Assembly: GCA_026421205.1 (NCBI GenBank)
Contig: JAPKBM010000001.1
Coordinates: 1,893-65,892, forward strand
Direction of reading: 5' to 3'
Source: Planctomycetota bacterium
GTDB taxonomy: Bacteria; Planctomycetota; UBA1135
DNA: 64,000 nucleotides
In this document: positions 43,513 to 52,650 of the stretch, one piece after another
Position numbering within the stretch: the first letter of the stretch is position 1
Layout: every line of letters begins with the position of its first letter
Notes under the pieces: model-generated
What the model was told of the DNA's origin: nothing
Databases searched by the model: none
The model's input: the letters and a program-made list of their open reading frames with translations, nothing else
Program-made: the position numbers and the translations under genes

Positions 43513-44172
43513 GTGGAATTGATGAGGGAGCGCTTCCGCCATACCGAGTATTCTATGCCCCTTCCCATGCGCCGACCCCTCCCATTTTTTGTTTGGTTTA
43601 TCCCGGTGATTCTGGCCGGTGGTTGGGTCATTTCCCCGTCCTGTTCCAAGCCTGAGTACACAATTGACCTCAGCCCCATCGGCACGTTGGTGGATTTTGA
43701 ATTGACGGATCAAGATGGAAAGGTTTTTTCAAAAAAGAGCATGGCCGGTCAAATATGGATTGTGGACTTCTTTTTCACCCGATGCCCCTCCATCTGCCCA
43801 TTGTTAACGGAAAGCATGGAAAAGGTCGCGGAACGATGGAAGTCGGAGAAAAAGGTCCGGTTTCTCAGCATCACAGTCGATGCAGAATATGACCAACCCC
43901 AAATCCTAAAGGCTTTTGCCAATGAACATGCTCTTCCACAAAGCCGATGGACCTTTCTGACTGGAAGCCCGGATGCCATTCACACATTATGCGAAGAGTC
44001 ATTCCTCTTGGCCTTGGGTAGCGCGATGAAATCGAATGGTGAGATTTCCCACTCTTCCCGCTTTGTCCTTGTAGACAGCCAAGGCCAAGTTCGAGGGTAT
44101 TTCGATGGACTTGATGAGTCTGAGGCTCCTCGCCTTGATCAAGCTCTACAAACACTCCTTCTTGAAAAATGA
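43513..44172 (+). CDS. SCO1/SenC family copper chaperone (thioredoxin fold)
   Basis: CxxxC motif FFFTRCPSICP. ISHSSRFVLVD. N-terminal membrane anchor. Start uncertain (GTG 43513, ATG 43522 or ATG 43555). Confidence 0.85.
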   Translation: MELMRERFRHTEYSMPLPMRRPLPFFVWFIPVILAGGWVISPSCSKPEYTIDLSPIGTLVDFELTDQDGKVFSKKSMAGQIWIVDFFFTRCPSICPLLTESMEKVAERWKSEKKVRFLSITVDAEYDQPQILKAFANEHALPQSRWTFLTGSPDAIHTLCEESFLLALGSAMKSNGEISHSSRFVLVDSQGQVRGYFDGLDESEAPRLDQALQTLLLEK

Positions 44173-44600
44173 ATTTTCCACTCCTTAACGCGGTCTTAAA
44201 TACCACGGCCACCATTCTTCTGGTCGCCGGGCTCATCCTCATTCGCCAAGGCAATGAGGCCGCACACAAAAAAGCAATGCTGTCTGCATTCTTTTGCTCT
44301 GTGGTTTTCCTTGCCTCTTACATCTGGCATCATTATTCCGTAGGGCTTCGTATTGCCTATGCGGGACCGGAATGGGGGGAAATCCCCTACCTTACGATGC
44401 TTTTAGTTCATACTGTTTTGGCCGCTACCGTTCCTTTTCTTGTCATCAAAGTCATTCGACATGCCCTTAAGGATGAGCGAAGTCTCCATAAAAAATGGGC
44501 GCGGATCACTGCCCCGATTTGGCTCTTTGTTTCCATCTCGGGTGTTTTAATCTACCTTATCCTTTACGTTTGGACGGACTCTTATGCTGCCACGCTTTGA
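44169..44600 (+). CDS. DUF420-family membrane protein (cytochrome-oxidase-associated)
   Basis: LLNAVLNTTATILLVAGLILIRQGNEAAHKKAMLSAFFCSVVFLASYIWHH matches the DUF420 pattern as I recall it. ATGA overlap with the SCO1 gene. Confidence 0.7.
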   Translation: MNFPLLNAVLNTTATILLVAGLILIRQGNEAAHKKAMLSAFFCSVVFLASYIWHHYSVGLRIAYAGPEWGEIPYLTMLLVHTVLAATVPFLVIKVIRHALKDERSLHKKWARITAPIWLFVSISGVLIYLILYVWTDSYAATL

Positions 44601-45471
44601 TCGCATTGCACTCAGCGTCGTTGCTGTATTAGCATGTCTTGGCATCGCCCTCTCATTTTCATCGCCCGGGATCTCCGCGGATGGGCCGGAACCGGTGCCA
44701 TTTCCTTTTACCGGTGTTAAAAAAGAGACTTTAGCGCGCGGGCAAGCACTTTGGAAAAACCAATGCATGCAGTGTCATGCCGTCGACGGATCCGCCGAAA
44801 CAGTCACGGCAAAATTATTGATTCCTCAACCAAGAGATTTCAGAAAAGGCGTCACTAAATATAAAACGAATCAACGAGGACATCTTTCTACAAGATCGGA
44901 CCTCCTCCGTGTCATCCAACAGGGTGTCCCCACCACCTCCATGGGGTCTTTTCGGGATTTGCCCGCTAAGGATCTCCACGCCCTGGCCGCTTGGACCGAG
45001 CACCTCCTCTTAACGGCTTTGCAAAAACGCGTAGACGCCTCTTACCAACAAAGTGGTGTAGGCCCCATGCCCTCCACGGAATTCTTTTGGAATAACTCGC
45101 AAAATATGGAGGTGATTCCCGACACAGAACGGATTCCGCTTTCGAAGGAGTCCGTTCAGCGTGGTGCATTCCTTTTCCAAGGCGACAAGGTTTCCTGTTT
45201 TACTTGTCACGGAAAGGATGGGTCGGGGAAAGGCCCTGCCTCCTTCCAAAAATCCACCGGAAATTATCTCCTTAAGGATTCCTGGGGAAAAGAATTACGC
45301 CCTCATGACCTTACCGAAGGCCTCTTTCGCGGAGGCTCCGCGCCGGAGGATCTCTGGCGACGCATTCATCAGGGCATTCCAGGGACGCCGATGCCGGTTT
45401 ACCACACCCAACTTTCTTCCGATGATATCTGGGACCTTGTAAACTTCATCCTTTCTCTTGCGAAATCATGA
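44584..45471 (+). CDS. Membrane-anchored diheme c-type cytochrome
   Basis: Two CxxCH sites: CMQCHAVDG and CFTCHGKDGSG. Each is followed by a Met-containing segment (GVPTTSM, GIPGTPMP). N-terminal TM helix. Confidence 0.8.
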   Translation: MLPRFDRIALSVVAVLACLGIALSFSSPGISADGPEPVPFPFTGVKKETLARGQALWKNQCMQCHAVDGSAETVTAKLLIPQPRDFRKGVTKYKTNQRGHLSTRSDLLRVIQQGVPTTSMGSFRDLPAKDLHALAAWTEHLLLTALQKRVDASYQQSGVGPMPSTEFFWNNSQNMEVIPDTERIPLSKESVQRGAFLFQGDKVSCFTCHGKDGSGKGPASFQKSTGNYLLKDSWGKELRPHDLTEGLFRGGSAPEDLWRRIHQGIPGTPMPVYHTQLSSDDIWDLVNFILSLAKS

Positions 45472-46367
45472 ATCTGACCTCTTCGCATAAAACACTCCGT
45501 CTCCTCACTTGGTTCACACTGGCGGTTACTGTCATCTTGACAACCGGCCTTGGGGGTGCAGTGACGAGCGCCGAAGTTGGCATGGCATATCCAACTTGGC
45601 CCAACATTAATGGCTGGAGTTTATTTAATTTCTTCTACCAGGATATTGCAGAACAGTTTGGGATTGGAGCTTCTCTGGAACATACACACCGTCAGGCCGG
45701 AACTCTTCTCGGTCTTCTCTCCATTGCCCTTGTTGCCCTTTCCTGGCGAAGGCCACACACCCGACGCCTTGCTCTCTGGAACCTTGGTCTGGTCATTATC
45801 CAAGGCGGGCTTGGGGCTTTTCGAGTTTTAGATAATGCCCAAATCATCGGAATTCTTCACGCACTTGGCGCGCAAGCCGTCGTTGTCTGCCTCGTTGCAG
45901 TTCTAAAATCGTGCCAACCGACCCCCTCCTTGGTACGACTCAATGCGGCACCGCGCATTCACCTTTGGAGCCTAATTGGCATTGCGCTTCTCTTCGTAAA
46001 CCTCCTTGCCGCTGCAAGTTTACGCCATAAATCGGGCGCTTTTTCTGGACACCTCCTTCTTGCCCTCCTTGCAAGTGGAGTTCTTCTTTTTTCTATCCGC
46101 CTCATCTTACTCCAGGAAAAATCGCCGAAAGTTTTGCGAGCCGACGCTAAAAGACTTCTCGTCACTCTTGGTCTTCAGCTAGGCTTAGGAATTGGAACGT
46201 GGGCCTTTATTCTTGGTCCATTGGCTTTAGAATTCAACTCGGAGCAAACCAGATTCCTTGTCCAGAACTTCCTAGCAACCGCCCACCTTGTTGTTGGCAT
46301 GATCGTGATGGCAATGGCGTCGGCGGTATTCTTGGAATCTAAAAGAAGCACACAATGGACTGGATAG
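45468..46367 (+). CDS. ctaA: Heme A synthase (COX15/CtaA family)
   Basis: GGAVTSAEVGMAYPTWPNING, EHTHRQAGTLLG, HALGAQAVV, ATAHLVVGM. Eight predicted TM helices. ATGA overlap with the upstream gene. Confidence 0.85.
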   Translation: MNLTSSHKTLRLLTWFTLAVTVILTTGLGGAVTSAEVGMAYPTWPNINGWSLFNFFYQDIAEQFGIGASLEHTHRQAGTLLGLLSIALVALSWRRPHTRRLALWNLGLVIIQGGLGAFRVLDNAQIIGILHALGAQAVVVCLVAVLKSCQPTPSLVRLNAAPRIHLWSLIGIALLFVNLLAAASLRHKSGAFSGHLLLALLASGVLLFSIRLILLQEKSPKVLRADAKRLLVTLGLQLGLGIGTWAFILGPLALEFNSEQTRFLVQNFLATAHLVVGMIVMAMASAVFLESKRSTQWTG

Positions 46368-47203
46368 CTCTTTCCAAGGCGCGCATTCAAATTATTTCCC
46401 TCCTCGGGGCGGAACTTTGTTTGGTCATGGCTTATGGCGGAATTCCTGACCCAGCCCTTCTTATTCATTTGGCGATAGGCCTCACCGGTACTAGTTGTGC
46501 AGCTTCGGCAATCAACCAAATCCTCGAAGTCAACGCGGATAGAAAAATGAACCGCACGGAGAACCGCCCTCTGCCGACTGGGAGAATTTCTTTGCGCACT
46601 GCATGGATTTTTTCGGCCATCACGGGGTTAGGTGGATTGGCATGGTGCGCCCTGTTTATCAACCCACTTACTGCATGGCTTGCCCTGGTGATGATTGTCA
46701 CTTATGATTTTATTTATACGCCACTGAAAAGGAAAACCCCGCTTAACACCATCGTCGGGGCTGTCCCAGGTGCAATGCCATTACTCATTGGCTGGGCCTC
46801 CGCGGGGCGCGGACTTGACATGATGGCAGGAATATTATTTGCCATTTTATTTGTCTGGCAGCTCCCGCACTTTCTTGCCATTGCCTGGATGTTTCGCGAG
46901 GACTATGAAAAGGGCGGGATGCTCATGCTGTCTAATGCCGTACATCCCGATGCTACTTCTCGCCAAGGAGTTCAAGGTGCAATCCTCCTTTTGCCTGCTA
47001 GCCTGCTTCCACTCCTTGCCGCGCCTATTGGGAAACTTTACTTCTATGGAGCACTCTCCAGTGGGCTTTTCTATCTAGCACTTGTGATTCACTTTGGGAA
47101 AAACAAAAGTGAAAAACGTGCTCGGCGAGTTCTACGCGCCTCAATCATTCACTTGCCTCTACTCCTTGGCCTACTTGCGTGGGATTGGTTTTCGACATCA
47201 TGA
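46355..47203 (+). CDS. ctaB: Protoheme IX farnesyltransferase (heme O synthase)
   Basis: NQILEVNADRKMNRTENRPLPTGRIS (UbiA-type Asp-rich motif region). YTPLKRKTPLNTIVGAVPGAMPLLIGW. Confidence 0.9.
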   Translation: MDWIALSKARIQIISLLGAELCLVMAYGGIPDPALLIHLAIGLTGTSCAASAINQILEVNADRKMNRTENRPLPTGRISLRTAWIFSAITGLGGLAWCALFINPLTAWLALVMIVTYDFIYTPLKRKTPLNTIVGAVPGAMPLLIGWASAGRGLDMMAGILFAILFVWQLPHFLAIAWMFREDYEKGGMLMLSNAVHPDATSRQGVQGAILLLPASLLPLLAAPIGKLYFYGALSSGLFYLALVIHFGKNKSEKRARRVLRASIIHLPLLLGLLAWDWFSTS

Positions 47204-48492
47204 ATAAAACACGATCTTCGGTCCTTGGCATTGTTTTCCTCACTGTCTTTTTAGACATCGTTGGGTTTTCTATTCTCTTCCCACTCTTTCCGTCTCTATT
47301 GGATTGGTATCTTGCCCATGAAGGCCCCCACAGCCTGATTGGTGAATTATCTACGTGGCTCACTCACCTTGCAAATGGAAACCAACTTGCTGTGCACACC
47401 TTGTTCGGGGGGATTCTTGGATCCTTGTATGGATTATTGCAGTTTTTCTTTTCCGTCATCTGGGGTGCGCTCTCCGACAAAATCGGCCGCCGGCCCACGC
47501 TTCTCTTTACCCTCACAGGGACCTTATTTTCTTATGTCATTTGGCTGTTTGCCGGGAACTTTGCGCTCCTCATTGCCTCACGCATCCTTGGGGGCATCAT
47601 GGCGGGAAATATTTCGACCGCATCTGCCGCCGTTGCCGACTCAACGGAGCCAAAGGATCGCGCAAAAGGAATGGCCGTGGTTGGCGTGGCAATTGGCCTT
47701 GGTTTCATTCTTGGGCCCGCCATCGGCGGTTTCTTTGCCTCCATCCACCTCGAAGCCGATGTGGTCGAAGGAGTATTCACGCTCCATCCCTTCTCAGGTG
47801 CCGCACTCGCCTCACTTTGCTTGGCCGCACTCAATCTTCTTTGGGCTGCTCGACGTTTCCCTGAAACGTTTCCGATTGAAAAACGTGGGCGGCATACGCA
47901 AGAGCGCTCCCTGCATCCGCTTCGGCAGCTCAGGCGCTTGAATTATCCAGGCGTTCAGCGTGCAAATATTTTGTACCTCATTTATCTCACGGCTTTCGCC
48001 GGAGTGGAATTCACGTTGACCTTCCTTGCCGTTGAACGTTTGAATTACACGCCCATGGATCTCGCCATGATCTTTGTTTTCGTCGGCTTAATCATTGCCC
48101 TTGTCCAAGGTGGACTCGTCCGACGCCTTGTGCCTCGCCTTGGAGAGAGGGTCCTCGTGAGGTTTGGCTTGCTCATGAATGGGCCTGGATTCCTTCTCCT
48201 TGCTGAGGCACAGAGCAGTTTCGTCCTTTATCTAGGCCTTGCCTTCATGGCAATAGGAAGCGCATTCCTGATGCCGTGTATGTCCGCTCTGGTTTCCCGT
48301 TATTCCCCTCCGCAAAGCCAAGGGCTTTCCATGGGCGTGTTTCGCTCCATGGGTTCTTTGTCCCGCGCCGCCGGCCCCTTGCTTGGCGCTTTTTTGTTTT
48401 GGAAATATGGAAGTTCTGCCCCCTACTGGGCTGCGACAGGAATTCTCCTTATTCCCATTGGCATGGCGGTGCAGCTCCCTAAGCCAAAATAG
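47200..48492 (+). CDS. MFS transporter
   Basis: The ATG at 47200 overlaps the ctaB TGA (ATGA). MFS motif A GALSDKIGRRPTLLF. 12 predicted TM helices. Confidence 0.85.
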   Translation: MNKTRSSVLGIVFLTVFLDIVGFSILFPLFPSLLDWYLAHEGPHSLIGELSTWLTHLANGNQLAVHTLFGGILGSLYGLLQFFFSVIWGALSDKIGRRPTLLFTLTGTLFSYVIWLFAGNFALLIASRILGGIMAGNISTASAAVADSTEPKDRAKGMAVVGVAIGLGFILGPAIGGFFASIHLEADVVEGVFTLHPFSGAALASLCLAALNLLWAARRFPETFPIEKRGRHTQERSLHPLRQLRRLNYPGVQRANILYLIYLTAFAGVEFTLTFLAVERLNYTPMDLAMIFVFVGLIIALVQGGLVRRLVPRLGERVLVRFGLLMNGPGFLLLAEAQSSFVLYLGLAFMAIGSAFLMPCMSALVSRYSPPQSQGLSMGVFRSMGSLSRAAGPLLGAFLFWKYGSSAPYWAATGILLIPIGMAVQLPKPK

Positions 48493-48540
48493 TGGAGATA
48501 AAATGGGGAACGACGTCGTCCTTCTCTCGTATTATCATTT

Positions 48541-49545
48541 GTGATTAATTCTGTCTCCAACCTCCGCAAGAAATGGAACCTTGCCCTTTTCGGAAGTCTC
48601 CTTGGTACTGCTCTTGGGGGCACGCTCATGATTGGTGGAGCTTGCGTGGTGGTCGGGAAAACTTTGGGGCAAGAATTCACCCCTCTCGCTCTCTGGCTTT
48701 CTTTGGGGTCCGGAGTTCTTGTGGCCTGGCTTCGTTTCAGAAAACGCCAAGTGGACACGGAGCAAATGGCTACTCTCCTGGATCTTCGCCATGGAGGAAC
48801 TGGGGAAATCCTTCACTGCATTGAAACCGGAAAACCGCTCCTGGAATATTCATCGTCAGTGTCTTCTCCTCGGCCCACCGTCAAACGAATGTCAGCCGTC
48901 CTCCTTCCCGGAGTTCTTTTTTTCACGTTGGCCTCTCAGGTTCCACTCACGGCTCATCATCAAAACGCCGTCGACCCGCTCAGCGCGCAAAAACTGGAGG
49001 ACCTTCAAAAATTCGCCGTGTCCCTCGAAGAAACGGTCCATCTTGAAGGTGAAGTGCGGGCAGAAGTGCAAGAACGCATGGACTTGTTGCAATCCACCGA
49101 TGCACGAGATGCCGCAACCCAGGACATCCTAAGAGAGGCACTAGACCGCATGGAGTCTCGCCTCGATGAAGTGGCACAGCAAACCGCCCAAAACCTGGAT
49201 GCCATTCGCCGGTCCGCAGAAGAAGCTGCAACAAATGGTGCCGAGGGGAATCAAGAAGATGCCCTCAAGCAACTGGCCGATCTCGCGAAGCAACTTGAAA
49301 ACCTAGGTATCAATCTAGAGGACCTTCTCACCCCGGAACTCTTGGCCGCGCTTCAGGAAAGTCTTTCGCCTGAAATGCTCGCCAATCTTGATCTGAATGC
49401 CTTGGCCGACCTCCTCTCCCAAGGCGCGCTGGACAAACTCAAAGCACTTGCTCAAAAAGGACTCTTAAGTGGAGAGGCTCTTGCTCAACTCGCAAAGAAC
49501 TTTGGCAACTTCCAGAAACAGTTTGGCCAAAGCGGAGAACCATGA
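48541..49545 (+). CDS. Hypothetical membrane protein with acidic coiled-coil domain
   Basis: GTG start. TM segments near the N-terminus, then Leu/Glu/Ala/Gln-rich heptad-like sequence. It ends at the TGA at 49543-49545, which is in the same frame as the next ORF. Confidence 0.55.
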   Translation: MINSVSNLRKKWNLALFGSLLGTALGGTLMIGGACVVVGKTLGQEFTPLALWLSLGSGVLVAWLRFRKRQVDTEQMATLLDLRHGGTGEILHCIETGKPLLEYSSSVSSPRPTVKRMSAVLLPGVLFFTLASQVPLTAHHQNAVDPLSAQKLEDLQKFAVSLEETVHLEGEVRAEVQERMDLLQSTDARDAATQDILREALDRMESRLDEVAQQTAQNLDAIRRSAEEAATNGAEGNQEDALKQLADLAKQLENLGINLEDLLTPELLAALQESLSPEMLANLDLNALADLLSQGALDKLKALAQKGLLSGEALAQLAKNFGNFQKQFGQSGEP

Positions 49546-49593
49546 AGTGGTGGCGGCGCCTGCGCAGGTTGCGCGGCACACCCAGCAGGAACT

Positions 49594-49890
49594 TTGCCCG
49601 GATCCGGCGGAGTCAGCCGAGGGCCGGGAACCTCCCCTCTTTCTTGGGGGTCAGAAACTCAAAGTTTAAAAAATGACATGGCCATGGAGGCCTTGCCAGC
49701 CCCTGGATCCATAGAAGAAGCAATGCAACTCATGCAGCTTTCCACCATGATGCCCAACGCATCACCAGAGCACCACAACACCACCGCCGCGAAATCCAAT
49801 ACAACGACAACAGGATCCGCCACATGGAAACGTCGGCTGCACCCAAAACATCGTCAAGCGGTTCGCAACTTCTTTGACGAAGACCGCTAA
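49594..49890 (+). CDS. Hypothetical protein; possibly the C-terminal continuation of 48541..49545
   Basis: Same reading frame as the upstream ORF, stop-free from 49546. TTG 49594 (AGGA 3 nt upstream) or ATG 49678 are possible independent starts. Gly-rich GSGGVSRGPGTSPLSWGSE. C-terminal WKRRLHPKHRQAVRNFFDEDR. Confidence 0.35.
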   Translation: MPGSGGVSRGPGTSPLSWGSETQSLKNDMAMEALPAPGSIEEAMQLMQLSTMMPNASPEHHNTTAAKSNTTTTGSATWKRRLHPKHRQAVRNFFDEDR

Positions 49891-49900
49891 ACTTTTTCTC

Positions 49901-50938
49901 ATGAACTCCAAGCCACACCCCCTCTCTGAAAAAGAGGTGCGCGACGCACAGGCCATCGGCGGACACCTTCTCCAAGAACTGAATCAAATCATTTTGGGGC
50001 AAGAAACTCTCGTTCGCCAAGTCATCACCGCAGCACTGGCCGGCGGACATGTTCTCCTTGAAGGTCTTCCGGGTCTTGGGAAAACGGAACTCATCAAAGG
50101 ACTTGCTCATCTCCTGGATTTAGATTTCCGTCGCGTGCAATTCACACCTGACCTCCTCCCTGGCGATATTACAGGTGGGCCCATCCTTGAAGAGAAAAAT
50201 GGAGAACGAAATTTTGTTTTCCGCGCAGGACCTATTTTCTGCAACATTCTCCTCGCCGACGAGATCAATCGAGCGTCGCCCAAAACTCAATCGGCACTCC
50301 TTGAGGCTATGGCCGAAGCGCGCGTCACCGTCATGGGAGAAACGCGTGACTTGCCCAATCCGTTCTTTGTGCTCGCTACTCAAAATCCCATTGAACTAGA
50401 AGGCACCTACCCTCTCCCTGAAGCTCAATTAGACCGCTTCCTCTTTAAGGTCACGGTTCACCCCGTCTCCGCAGAGGTTCTCAAGAATATTCTACAAACC
50501 CGACGCCACGGGAAACCGCCCCAACCCCAAGCCGTGGCGCAGGCGGAAGACTTTATTCAATTCCAAGAATCCGCGGGACGCCTTCATTTTCCCGATGCCG
50601 TCATGGGCTGGATTGCACGCATTTGCGAAGCTTCCCATCCAGATGCTTCGCAAGCGCCTTCCATGATTCAGCAATATGTCCGCTTCGGCGCAAGCCCTCG
50701 AGCCGCCATTTCGATTGCCGAAGCAGCTCGCATTGATGCCCTCCTAGATGGAAAAACCACCGTTGGATTTGACAATGTTCGTCGCGTCGCAGAACCTGCT
50801 CTGTCACATCGCCTTATTCTCAATCATCAAGCCCGCCTTGACCGTGTTTCTTCTCAAATCATTACGGAAGACTTGCTCAACACGGTGAGCGAAATGCACA
50901 AGCCACTTCCAAAAGAAGTCATTGACACAAAGGCTTGA
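49901..50938 (+). CDS. MoxR-family AAA+ ATPase
   Basis: Walker A LLEGLPGLGKTELIKGLAHLL. Walker B and sensor ILLADEINRASPKTQSALLEAMAE. FFVLATQNPIELEGTYPLPEAQLDRF. Confidence 0.9.
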   Translation: MNSKPHPLSEKEVRDAQAIGGHLLQELNQIILGQETLVRQVITAALAGGHVLLEGLPGLGKTELIKGLAHLLDLDFRRVQFTPDLLPGDITGGPILEEKNGERNFVFRAGPIFCNILLADEINRASPKTQSALLEAMAEARVTVMGETRDLPNPFFVLATQNPIELEGTYPLPEAQLDRFLFKVTVHPVSAEVLKNILQTRRHGKPPQPQAVAQAEDFIQFQESAGRLHFPDAVMGWIARICEASHPDASQAPSMIQQYVRFGASPRAAISIAEAARIDALLDGKTTVGFDNVRRVAEPALSHRLILNHQARLDRVSSQIITEDLLNTVSEMHKPLPKEVIDTKA

Positions 50939-52650
50939 TTGCCTCTCTCCTCTTCCTTGGCGCTTTTTTTCAAGCCCCCCCTGCAGAGTCCTTTCGCGCA
51001 GAAACACGTAATGGCATTCATATCACCACAGAATGCTACTTCCCTAAGGCGCTTCATAGCGGATTTGTTCCGATCCGCATTCGACTTGAAAACATGCGCG
51101 ATGAGCCCGTTGCCCTCGAAGTGCTCTTGCGTCAAGGCTATTGGGACGAAGCAATCACTCAGGGACACCTCACCTTAGAACCTGGGGAAAGCCGTCGGCT
51201 TGATTGGAGAGCCTTGCATTGGGAGAGTCTTGGAGACGAGCGTGTGAACCTACAGGTTACAGAAGGGCAAAAAACAATTGCACGTTGGGAGATTCTTCAG
51301 ACACTCCCCAATAGCGCCCTAGGTTCCCACATTGGCCTCGTCGTCGTCGGCGAGAAGAGTAAAAACACGGCAGAACATCTTAATGGAAGAAAATTCGCCA
51401 GGAGTTCGGCCTCGCCCCAATTGATTTCTGCCAGCGGCCTTCCATCGGGAAGAGCGCCGACAGACTGGCGCGCATGGTCTTCTTTACGCGTCGTGGTGGT
51501 TGCATCTCATGACACAACTCTTTCGCCCGACGTCCTTCGCTCTCTTGGAGAGTGGACCTCTCTGGGTGGATTCTTGGTTGTAGAGGGCACCCACGCCGAT
51601 GCTCTCGCCCTCTTGCGGCAAGCTGATATTCCTTTAGAAGAACGCTTGGGCTCTTCCACGGACATGTCCGAAGTTTACCGGCATGGATTTGGGCGCGTCA
51701 CATTTCCAAGAAATTCTGCCATGGCTTGGGAGCTTTTAGATGATGTCGTTCACTGGGATTTATCCTTCACGCCAGCGAATGGGCCATTTCCTTCTAAACT
51801 TTCCCTACTTGACCTTCCCATACCGGGGCTTCTTGACATTCCTGTTCGTTTTTTCATTCTCCTCCTCATTATTTTCGCTTTTTGTGTTGGGCCGGGCCAA
51901 TTTCTCTACCTCAAAAAGAAAGGGAAGAGCGCATTTACCTTTCTCCTTTTCACGCCGGCCCTTGGCTTATTGTTCACGGTCATTCTGTTGGGCTGGCCCG
52001 TGCTCTCTCAAGGCCTTCATGTAAAAGACCGCGTTGCATCCATCACTTGGCTTCACCAGGAATCTCACACAGCTTCTACCATTCTTCAGCGTTCCACTTT
52101 TTCCGGAAGCCGCATCCGAAAAGGGGCTCTTTATCAAGCGGGAACTGCCGTGATTCCAAAGCACTCCGCCCTCACGGACCAGAAAGACAGCTTTGTCATC
52201 AACATGGATCAAGCCGGTTCACTCACAGGGAGGTACTTTCCCGTGAGAGTGCCCTTTGAAGAGCAGCAAGCCAATGTACGCACCGCTCGCAATCAAGTCG
52301 TGATCAAAAAAGAAGGCGAGCTCCTTTTTGCCTCTCACAATTTTGACACCAAACTTTCCGACTTCTTTTTTCATGACAGCGCAGGCCAATGGTGGAAGCC
52401 TGGGGAAATGGGCAGCCTCCTTGAGCAAGCACAACATATCCCCCTTCAACTTTGCGAAGAACCGGAACCACTCAAACTACAATTACTTTCTTCTAGCAAC
52501 CTCGCCCACCTTCCTACGCACATCCCAACCAATACTTGGGTTGCATGGCTCGAGCACTCCCCCTTTGTGGATGACGGCGAAATAGAACGCTCGGTCGTAC
52601 AAAGCCAAAACCTCACCTTTGGCCTTCTTTCCCAAGAACAGTCTCCATGA
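50935..52650 (+). CDS. Hypothetical signal-peptide protein with mid-protein TM helices (possibly an ABC-auxiliary/GldG-like component)
   Basis: The TTG start overlaps the moxR TGA (TTGA). MIASLLFLGAFFQAPPAESF. The segment LRVVVVASHDTTLSPDVLRSLGEWTSLGGFLVVEG resembles DUF4350/ABC_transp_aux-type domains. TM helices around FFILLLIIFAFCVGPG and LLFTPALGLLFTVILLGW. Confidence 0.55.
   Translation: MIASLLFLGAFFQAPPAESFRAETRNGIHITTECYFPKALHSGFVPIRIRLENMRDEPVALEVLLRQGYWDEAITQGHLTLEPGESRRLDWRALHWESLGDERVNLQVTEGQKTIARWEILQTLPNSALGSHIGLVVVGEKSKNTAEHLNGRKFARSSASPQLISASGLPSGRAPTDWRAWSSLRVVVVASHDTTLSPDVLRSLGEWTSLGGFLVVEGTHADALALLRQADIPLEERLGSSTDMSEVYRHGFGRVTFPRNSAMAWELLDDVVHWDLSFTPANGPFPSKLSLLDLPIPGLLDIPVRFFILLLIIFAFCVGPGQFLYLKKKGKSAFTFLLFTPALGLLFTVILLGWPVLSQGLHVKDRVASITWLHQESHTASTILQRSTFSGSRIRKGALYQAGTAVIPKHSALTDQKDSFVINMDQAGSLTGRYFPVRVPFEEQQANVRTARNQVVIKKEGELLFASHNFDTKLSDFFFHDSAGQWWKPGEMGSLLEQAQHIPLQLCEEPEPLKLQLLSSSNLAHLPTHIPTNTWVAWLEHSPFVDDGEIERSVVQSQNLTFGLLSQEQSP

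Noticed and set aside
49543-49545. Genome-wide TGA reassignment as the explanation for the in-frame TGA
   Set aside because: Many genes in the window terminate at TGA exactly where family alignments and ATGA/TTGA start-stop overlaps predict. Examples are 7174-7176, 29940-29942, 47201-47203 and 57629-57631. TGA therefore functions as a stop here.
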